A stretch of 46,331 nucleotides of DNA, taken from positions 25,961 to 72,291 of the forward strand of contig CAJFCJ010000141.1 in the NCBI GenBank assembly GCA_904063045.1, given 5' to 3'. Source of the DNA: Dimorphilus gyrociliatus (taxonomy: Eukaryota > Animalia > Annelida). This document shows positions 33,336 through 43,060 of the stretch, piece by piece. The notes below the pieces were generated by a model, which saw nothing but the letters and a program-made list of their open reading frames with translations, ran no database searches and had not been told where the DNA came from. Positions within the stretch are counted from its first letter, which is position 1. Every line of letters begins with the position of its first letter. Position numbers and translations under genes: made by a program.

Positions 33336-33496
33336 AGCAAGCAGTACAAATTTGGCGCAGTCGACAGGATATTAACTTGGTTTATTCAAAAGTTTGGAGA
33401 AAGTCAATATGGCAGAAGGAGGAAATGGAAATGCCACTGGGGCAATTACAGACTCTAATCCTTCAACCCTGCAAAACCCAACAATTACAATTCAAC
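33336..33496 (+). mobile_element. Fragment of a related Gypsy copy: LTR tip, PBS and gag start (mirror 39731-39895, -)
   Basis: GCAGTACA-AATT-TGGCGCAGTCGACAGGAT...MAEGGNGNATGAITDSNPST, similar but not identical to 24430-24590. Confidence 0.85.
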
Positions 33497-33923
33497 CATG
33501 AACCATTGACTAAATGGGCTCTTTAGAGTATCATACAAAGTTTTCTCACCACCAAAAAAGGTTAAGACAGGTAAGTCTGCAGACAAATTGATGGCATGTG
33601 TGTTTTAGGACAGGGAAAGGCCTATTCACCTAGAAATCAGACTATTATTTGTTCTGGAAATTAAAGGACCATCTTTGGGGTGAAATATATGAGAATGATG
33701 AGGAATTACAAAATGCAGTAAGGGCATTTTTCAGGTCCAAACCACCCTTATACTTCGCCCAAGGAATTGATATGCTTCCCGCCAGGTGGCATTGACAATA
33801 ATGGGGAATTCGAAGTTATATAGACATACAGAAGACATTAGTTAATTTTTATGACTAAACATATTATGTAATTTTTTTTTAGTTGTAAGACACAAATGGG
33901 TAAAACTTTCAGGGTGATCCTAA
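33497..33923 (+). mobile_element. Mariner 3' fragment with right TIR (mirror 39302-39730, -)
   Basis: HEPLTK...KVKTGKSADKLMACVF, DYY.FWKLKDHL, ending GGGTGATCCTAA followed by TA. Same family as 34586-35468. Confidence 0.85.
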
Positions 33924-34239
33924 TATAAACATGGATTCTGTTAACCCAGGAGTTGATCTATGTAGGATTTTCAAGTTCAAATTTCGATTAAAAAAATAAT
34001 GTTCTTTCTTTGTTAAAAAAAATGAAATGAATGTTTTGTTTTAAATTATCCTAATCTATTCATAACCAAAATGTTTGTACATAGACTTGTGGAATTCTAC
34101 ATGAAAATCGATTATTCCAAATACAAACATATTTTAATTGTTTTTGACAAACAATAGCATCATAAACAATATTTCCAATTTTGGAGGTAAATCTACCATT
34201 GTTGCATTGAATTTCACAAATATTTTAAAACAGATATTT

Positions 34240-35700
34240 TCAAACATAATTTCCAAATTGATTTTTCAAATCTCCCATTTCATTATGCCAAAAATATAAG
34301 TTTTTCAGGTTAGTTTGTTGACCAATTGCGCCAGCTACAACTTTATCACTTTTAGATGTAAATCTACATTTACCAAAACCAAATTTTGTAATTTTTGAAC
34401 AATTCCATTCAATATTAGTAAATATTAATTTTCCAATAACATCTCCAAGATAATTTTCAGACATATCAATCAAATGAAGGTTTGCTTGTTTACCTATAGC
34501 ATTACCAATGATGCTACCAATTTGATGTGTAAATCCACAATTAAAATTTTTTATGAATTTAATAATTTCACAATTATTGTTTATATTATAAAGAACTCTC
34601 GCCGTATTGCTGTATTTTTTAAAATGGTACTGTAGGCCTATATTATTATCATTGATAGAAAGTGAATTGATTAATGCACTGTCACTAAAAACTTTCTCAA
34701 CTTACAAGCCCTGGTTGAAAAGTTATTGAGACTTCAGTGGTGGCATGGTATGGATGATTATATAAAGCAGAGAGTAAAAATTCAATTTCTTGTATCACAA
34801 CAAGTTATTGCAATCAATATTCATAAGCAATTGAAAGAAGCAATTGAGGATTTTTTGTCAAAAAATGTTACAAGAGATGAAACATGGGTATTCTATCATG
34901 AACCATTAACTAAAAGAGTTTCTTTAAAATGCCATACAAAACTATCACCACCATCAAAAAAGGTTAAGGTAGGTAAGTCGGCAGACAAACTAATGGCATG
35001 TTGTTTTTGGGATAGGGAAGGTCTTATTCACCTGGAATTTCTAAATTCACATATTCAAATAAATTCAGAAATTTACATCAATATTCTAAAGCAATTAATA
35101 CAAGAATAAATAGAATCAGGCCTAATAGAGAGGTGATTTTTTGGCCTCATCCAGCCTACAGACCAGATCTTGCTCCATCAGACTATTATCTTTTCTGGAA
35201 ATTAAAGGACCATCTTCATGGACAAATATTTGAAAATGATGATGAATTAAAAACAGCAGTAAGGGCATTTTTAGGTCCAAGCCACTTTATACTTTGCAAA
35301 AGGAATTGATATGCTTCCACCAGGTGGCAAACATGCGTTGACAATAATGGGAATTTGAAGCTAAATAGACATACCTAGGACATTAATTAACACTTTTGAA
35401 TAAGCATATATGGTAATTTTTTTTAGCTGTTAGATAAAAACGGGCAAGAATTTTTCGGGTGACCCTAATATATATTTGCCAACTTTATCTTCAAATTGAT
35501 TATTTCCTATATGCAATTCAGTAAGATATCTTTTACATCCAGTTACATTACCAATATCTGAAGAAATTCGACGGTTAGTTTAAATCCCAAAGTTGAAAAT
35601 TGCCAGGCAATTTTTTTTCAAATTTATTAAAACAGATTTCCAACCTTCATTACCTGATTGATTATCCCATAGATAAAATTCTTTTATTCTATCTTGTTTT
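34240..35700 (-). pseudogene. Degenerate RI-type LRR gene interrupted by a mariner at a TA (mirror ~37530-38990, +)
   Basis: KEFYLWDNQSGNEGWKSVLINLKKNC and TELHIGNNQFEDKVGKYI lie on one side of the insertion; NNNCEIIKF..FNCGF..IGNAIGKQ and DMSENYLGDVIGKLIFTNIEWNC lie on the other. Stops and frameshifts are present. Confidence 0.8.
34586..35468 (+). mobile_element. Internally deleted Tc1/mariner element (mariner-type DD34D), left-arm copy
   Basis: VTRDETWV, KLMACCFWD and WPHPAYRPDLAPSDYYLF motifs; TIR ...CGGGTGACCCTAA followed by TA; degenerate 5' TIR near 34586; HDNA motif missing. Confidence 0.9.
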
Positions 35701-37758
35701 TTAATATTATCAATGTTCACAAGTGACATATCTCAAGTGTAGATTTTGGGTTGAAAACTGGCTAGCAAGATTAAGACAACTGCTGATTTATACTTGAGAG
35801 GGTCTAGAAGGTCTCAATCAGTTCATCTGAATCTACATGTATGTGTAGTAGGCTCTTGTTATTCAATCACATTGATATTTTAGGTTCAACTAAGGCCAAA
35901 TTAGCCTTATATTAGCTGATATAGAAAAGTAGTGAATAAATATTTATCTTAGGTGAAGGTTATATATTTCTACATATACAAAAGACGATTAGAACATTTA
36001 AATAGAGCTTTAAGTCTCAGTTGGAGGACAAAGGTTCTCAAGGGCAACATGACATGATCGAATTTTTTTTTTATTGTTTATTTCTCAAGAGTTCTGTTGT
36101 GAATAATAAAATAAAGAATCACGAGATATAAACAAACATTTAACAGTAGTGAAAATTTACTAATTTTCAATAGCACTGAAGAGTATGATACGTGATGAAA
36201 TTTTTTTATTGAACTAAAATATTCTCTTAACACTAAATTCTAATCATATAACTTTCAATCTTCCTTGGAATTGGGAATCTTGGTTAGTCTGTCTGTTGTA
36301 AGCATTTTCTCCATTTTGTAATAGCCCTTTGAGAAGTAGAATAAGATATTTGAAATAATATTACATTGTATAGTTGGAATTCTGGAGAAAATATTTTCAT
36401 ACTTTTGCATATTCTATAATAAGTCCACCTACCTTCATCAGATGGTAAATAGTTATGCTTTTAAAGTCCCCTAACCCTCTAATTAGTCCCAATGAAGTGT
36501 AGAAGAAATGAAATTTGAATTTACCCTAACCCTAACATAGGCTTAAGCCTAACCTTTAACCAACATTTTCTCCTGCTTCTAATTTTTAATTTTACTTACT
36601 TCAGTACCAAATATAAAATTGGTACTGAAGTAAGTAAAATTAAAATTAGAAGCAGGAGAAAATGTTGGTTAAAGGTTAGGCTTAAGCCTATGTTAGGGTT
36701 AGGGTAAATTCAAATTTCATTTCTTCTACACTTCATTGGGACTAATTAGAGGTTAGGGACTTTAAAAGCATAACTATTTACCATCTGATGAAGGTAGGTG
36801 GACTTATTATAGAATATGCAAAAGTATGAAAATATTTTCTCCAGAATTCCAACTATACAATGTAATATTATTTCAAATATCTTATTCTACTTCTCAAAGG
36901 GCTATTACAAAATGGAGAAAATGCTTACAACAGACAGACTAACCAAGATTCCCAATTCCAAGGAAGATTGAAAGTTATATGATTAGAATTTAGTGTTAAG
37001 AGAATATTTTAGTTCAATAAAAAAATTTCATCACGTATCATACTCTTCAGTGCTATTGAAAATTAGTAAATTTTCACTACTGTTAAATGTTTGTTTATAT
37101 CTCGTGATTCTTTATTTTATTATTCACAACAGAACTCTTGAGAAATAAACAATAAAAAAAAAATTCGATCATGTCATGTTGCCCTTGAGAACCTTTGTCC
37201 TCCAACTGAGACCTTAAAGCTCTATTTAAATGTTCTAATCGTCTTTTGTATATGTAGAAATATATAACCTTCACCTAAGATAAATATTTATTCACTACTT
37301 TTCTATATCAGCTAATATAAGGCTAATTTGGCCTTAGTTGAACCTAAAATATCAATGTGATTGAATAACAAGAGCCTACTACACATACATGTAGATTCAG
37401 ATGAACTGATTGAGACCTTCTAGACCCTCTCAAGTATAAATCAGCAGTTGTCTTAATCTTGCTAGCCAGTTTTCAACCCAAAATCTACACTTGAGATATG
37501 TCACTTGTGAACATTGATAATATTAAAAAACAAGATAGAATAAAAGAATTTTATCTATGGGATAATCAATCAGGTAATGAAGGTTGGAAATCTGTTTTAA
37601 TAAATTTGAAAAAAAATTGCCCTGGCAATTTTCAACTTTGGATTTAACTAACCGTCGAATTTCTTCAGATATTGGTAATGTAACTGGATGTAAAAGATAT
37701 CTTTACTGAATTGCATATAGGAAATAATCAATTTGAAGATAAAGTTGGCAAATATATA

Positions 37759-38644
37759 TTAGGGTCACCCGAAAAATTCTTGCCCGTTTTTATCTAACAG
37801 CTAAAAAAAATTACCATATATGCTTATTCAAAAGTGTTAATTAATGTCCTAGGTATGTCTATTTAGCTTCAAATTCCCCATTATTGTCAACGCATGTTTG
37901 CCACCTGGTGGGAAGCATATCAATTCCTTTTGCAAAGTATAAAGGTGGCTTGGACCTAAAAAATGCCCTTACTGCTGTTTTTAATTCATCATCATTTTCA
38001 AATATTTGTCCCATGAAGATGGTCCTTTAATTTCCAGAAAAGATAATAGTCTGATGGAGCAAGATCTGGTCTGTAGGCTGGATGAGGCCAAAAAATCACC
38101 TCTCTATTAGGCCTGATTCTATTTATTCTTTGTATTAATTGCTTTAGAATATTGATGTAAATTTCTGAATTTATTTGAATATGTGAATTTAGAAATTCCA
38201 GGTGAATAAGACCTTCCCTATCCCAAAAACAACATGCCATTAGTTTGTCTGCCGACTTACCTACCTTAACCTTTTTTGATGGTGGTGATAGTTTTGTATG
38301 GCATTTTAAAGAAACTCTTTTAGTTAATGGTTCATGATAGAATACCCATGTTTCATCTCTTGTAACATTTTTTGACAAAAAATCCTCAATTGCTTCTTTC
38401 AATTGCTTATGAATATTGATTGCAATAACTTGTTGTGATACAAGAAATTGAATTTTTACTCTCTGCTTTATATAATCATCCATACCATGCCACCACTGAA
38501 GTCTCAATAACTTTCAACCAGGCTTGTAAGTTGAGAAAGTTTTTAGTGACAGTGCATTAATCAATTCACTTTCTATCAATGATAATAATATAGGCCTACA
38601 GTACCATTTTAAAAATACAGCAATACGGCGAGAGTTCTTTATAA
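37759..38644 (-). mobile_element. Mirror copy of the deleted mariner; 169-aa ORF at 37998-38507
   Basis: TA followed by TTAGGGTCACCCG TIR at 37759; same motifs as the left copy. Confidence 0.9.
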
Positions 38645-40914
38645 TATAAACAATAATTGTGAAATTATTAAATTCATAAAAAATTTTAATTGTGGATTTA
38701 CACATCAAATTGGTAGCATCATTGGTAATGCTATAGGTAAACAAGCAAACCTTCATTGATTGATATGTCTGAAAATTATCTTGGAGATGTTATTGGAAAA
38801 TTAATATTTACTAATATTGAATGGAATTGTTCAAAAATTACAAAATTTGGTTTTGGTAAATGTAGATTTACATCTAAAAGTGATAAAGTTGTAGCTGGCG
38901 CAATTGGTCAACAAACTAACCTGAAAAACTTATATTTTTGCATAATGAAATGGGAATTGAAAAATCAATTTGGAAATTATGTTTGAAAATATCTGTTTTA
39001 AAATATTTGTGAAATTCAATGCAACAATGGTAGATTTACCTCCAAAATTGGAAATATTGTTTATGATGCTATTGTTTGTCAAAAACAATTAAAATATGTT
39101 TGTATTTGGAATAATCGATTTTCATGTAGAATTCCACAAGTCTATGTACAAACATTTTGGTTATGAATAGATTAGGATAATTTAAAACAAAACATTCATT
39201 TCATTTTTTTTAACAAAGAAAGAACATTATTTTTTTAATCGAAATTTGAACTTGAAAATCCTACATAGATCACTCCTGGGTTAACAGAATCCATGTTTAT
39301 ATTAGGATCACCCTGAAAGTTTTACCCATTTGTGTCTTACAACTAAAAAAAAATTACATAATATGTTTAGTCATAAAAATTAACTAATGTCTTCTGTATG
39401 TCTATATAACTTCGAATTCCCCATTATTGTCAATGCCACCTGGCGGGAAGCATATCAATTCCTTGGGCGAAGTATAAGGGTGGTTTGGACCTGAAAAATG
39501 CCCTTACTGCATTTTGTAATTCCTCATCATTCTCATATATTTCACCCCAAAGATGGTCCTTTAATTTCCAGAACAAATAATAGTCTGATTTCTAGGTGAA
39601 TAGGCCTTTCCCTGTCCTAAAACACACATGCCATCAATTTGTCTGCAGACTTACCTGTCTTAACCTTTTTTGGTGGTGGAGAAAACTTTGTATGATACTC
39701 TAAAGAGGCCCATTTAGTCAATGGTTCATGGTTGAATTGTAATTGTTGGGGTTTTGCAGGGGTTGAAGGATTAGAGTCTGTAATTGCCCCAGTGGCATTT
39801 CCATTTCCTCCTTCTGCCATATTGACTTTCTCCAAACTTTTGAATAAACCAAGTTAATATCCTGTCGACTGCGCCAAATTTGTACTGCTCTTGCTAAACT
39901 TTTATCCACTTTTATGCCCTTTTAAAATTGTTATCCTACTTTGATTCTTGACATAAATTTTCGTTAAAATATTTTAACTAATATGGAAAAAAGCTGGGCG
40001 TTCAAAAATAGATTACCTGTACTGTATATTAAGGCAATGTGCCATTTTTATTATGGTAAATAATCAACAAAGGTTAGGTAAGCACAGATTACAAGTTTGC
40101 TCCGGCTATGAGAGTATGAGTAGAGGAGGTTGTTAAAACTGCAACAAGGTGATATTGTATCAATTGAGACAAGTCATTATCTTTACCATGAAGATTGGAA
40201 GTTGACATCATTAACTTTGTTTTTTGTTTCACCTTTATAAGATGAAAAATTCTAAATAAAAATTGATCCCATTTATTAATTAGGGACATTCCACATCTTC
40301 TTCAGCTATTAAATATGACTCGCTAAATCTTTTTTTCAGATATCTAGCAAGGTAAGAGATAGGCACATATGCATTTTGTATTTGATAATATATTGTTAAG
40401 ATAAGAGCCTAAAGAATTAATCTGTCTAATGATAAATATTTATTGTATAAATCTCTGGGTCAACAGAGACATTCATGCTTAGAAAACTTTGGGGTTAAAG
40501 TTTATCTTGAAATTGGGTTTGGATTATCTAATTGAAACTTAGTCAGACATCTTTCTAAATATAAGCTTTGTTATTTATTCTGACTTTATACTGTGGATGA
40601 TGGTCCCCTATTTTGCATTTTGATCCTAACCTGAATCCAAAAGTGGATTATGCTATTTCTCCTTTTTTTGTCCCTAATCTTTGACAATGAGAGAGAAACC
40701 AGACATCTCTTGGAATCAGGTGTTCCAATGGCTAATATCCAACTAAATGCTAAACAAAACACAACCAAAAGCACAATGTTTGAATGGCTTGAGTTTGTGA
40801 TTACAGCTGGATTGTAACCTTTCTTGTAGACAACACATTGAATTCACCTCACCTCTCAACCTTCTGCAGTAAATTTTGGAACATTTTAAAAAATACAAGA
40901 AATGTCTGTATAAT

Positions 40915-40977
40915 GACAAAATACTGGAGTGTTCCATTTGTTTAGAGTCATTTCTAGAAAGAGATGTGAAAAAGTGA
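40915..40977 (+). pseudogene. Possible remnant of a RING-finger N-terminus (mirror 32259-32321, -)
   Basis: DKILECSICLESFLERDVKK then a stop, resembling the first CxxC of TRIM-type RING domains. The remaining zinc ligands are not recognisable. Confidence 0.35.
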
Positions 40978-41419
40978 ACTTTTTAATTATACTTATTCAC
41001 TGGAAGCTTTAAATAAAGCATTTTGTTCCATATTGTTTTTCTAGTATGATCAAAATGAATTATCCCCTAAAGGGCAAAAACAAGTTTAGTGTATAGAGCT
41101 AGGAGAATCTTTTTTTTTTTAAATTAGATTTAAGATTTTCCATCCAAAAGTGTTTGAGGTTTATCAATCTCTAATAAAACAAAAGTGCATTTAAAATCAT
41201 TGATGTTTATTTTCATCATCATTTTTTTTTCAAATTCAGCAGTCACAAAAATATGGTTTTACAAATCTTCTTGGTTATGGAAATTAAATTTAGAAGTAGA
41301 AAATTCCACCATAAACTTAATGAATAAACCATTATATTTGAAAGAAGCCTAATATTTATAATGTTTGACTCACTAATATAACCTAGACCCTTCCCTCCTT
41401 CCTTTATATTTAATGAAGA

Positions 41420-42085
41420 TCAAGTCCCTCTTGAGGTATAACCATTGTAACAATCATAAATTTCCCAAGAAAGTTGGTTTTCAGTGGGCACATCTGCAAT
41501 CGAATGAGTCTGATGAAGGGCAAATGGCTTTTGTCGAAGGTTTACTAGTTGTAGACAAGGTTCTCCAGAAGTCAATATCCAATCATCGATGTTTCCGTGT
41601 ACTAAAATTTTTTTGCAGTCAGAGTACCATGGTGAGGATGGTGGGTATTTAAACTTTCTGCTATGTTCAAATAAAATGCTTAGAAATGACTCTGTATTAA
41701 CATCTATTTCAGATTCCTGAAATGAGAGTAATATATCTGAGTCATCACTTTCAATTGACTTATCATTTAATATATCAGAAATACGAATTAACGTTGTGTC
41801 ATTTCTGATAGGACAGGTGTGAAACATAACAAAATATTTTCTATCCATTTCATTAAAACCATGCAAACTGCTCAGTTTGCTCTCCAGAAATGTCAATTTG
41901 ACCACTCGGCGCTTTTTGTTTATTAGTTTTATGCAATCTTCCGCACTTCTAACGCTTAGAACAGTTTCTTCTTCTAAGACAAAACTTGCTGAACACTGTC
42001 TATTACAAAACGTTGATTCCAAATCAAAACTAAAGATCGCAGATAGCAGATGACCAATAAGAATAATTCTAAATAATGTTTTCAT
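41420..42085 (-). CDS. Single-exon 221-aa predicted secreted protein of unknown function
   Basis: ATG start, hydrophobic N-terminus (LFRIILIGHLLSAIFS), seven Cys, open frame. No family recognised. Confidence 0.55.
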   Translation of the reverse strand: MKTLFRIILIGHLLSAIFSFDLESTFCNRQCSASFVLEEETVLSVRSAEDCIKLINKKRRVVKLTFLESKLSSLHGFNEMDRKYFVMFHTCPIRNDTTLIRISDILNDKSIESDDSDILLSFQESEIDVNTESFLSILFEHSRKFKYPPSSPWYSDCKKILVHGNIDDWILTSGEPCLQLVNLRQKPFALHQTHSIADVPTENQLSWEIYDCYNGYTSRGT

Positions 42086-42394
42086 GTTGTTTATTCAGGC
42101 TTCGTAATTAGAGTGAACCACATGAAAAATCTCCAATAGAAGTGGATGGTTATAAATAATATGGTTATTTTTCAAAAATAGTTTCATAAGGAATTGGGAC
42201 ATTTCATTCCTGAGCATTTCATCCCTCTTTTTTCCAAAACGTATTTTTGTATTTTACCAGGTTTCTGGATAAATTTCAAACTCTTCATATTAAATTCTTA
42301 AATGTCTTTGAAATATTGGATTTTTGGCTTATTTGTAAATTTTATTCAGTCTTCACTTATGGCTTATTGTTACGCAATAAAATTACCATTCTAT

Positions 42395-43029
42395 TGTACT
42401 GCTCTTGCTGGCAAAATCTATGCGTTTGCAAGTTATAACAATACTGGTTCTACTCGAACCTTTAAACAAATGTTTAAATTAAAACGGTTTATTCGCAATA
42501 ATAATACTTAAGCAAGTAACAATATGAGAGTTCAATAGCAGAGTAGATAGTTTGTAATAGCAGGTTGCCAAATTACCAAACTGTCTTCCAATGTTGAGGA
42601 GTAGATGGATGGTTCCAGTGGAGGTTGTTTCCAGATGATTTTCCCAGGTCCTTGGGTCCAGATGGAAGCTGCATGCCAAATGAGAATAATGAGGATTTAT
42701 ATACTTTGAGGTTTGTCTCTGACATCCAATCATCACTTTACAGTTGCCGAAATGTGTAGTTCATATTTATCTTTAGTAACAGGATGTTACAAGGTTCAAC
42801 ATTTAGGAAGGTTAATTGAATTATAACTTGGCCACACCCTAGGCAAGTTAATTAAATTATAACTTGGCCAAACCTTTATTGGTAATTAAAGATGAACCTT
42901 CAAGCTGACTAATCAGACTTATGTTTGGCCAATGTTATAGCATTTTCTTGCGTAGGTTTTAAGATGTACATGTATATGTTGCATAAAATAATAGAGTTCA
43001 AGCATGTAAAATATAACCAAAGTTGTACA
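42395..43029 (-). repeat. 3' LTR, right-arm copy (635 bp)
   Basis: Reverse complement of the LTR with intact TGTAC...GTACA ends, adjacent to the PPT. Confidence 0.95.
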
Positions 43030-43060
43030 ACTTCCCCCTTCTTTGTGAAGATGAGTCCCT

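Noticed and set aside
30874-36610. Treating left-arm and right-arm genes as independent paralogs
   Set aside because: They are mirror copies differing by indel-type noise and are counted once biologically.
36468-36770. True telomere array or chromosome end
   Set aside because: Only two to three degenerate units per tract, far too short for a telomere.
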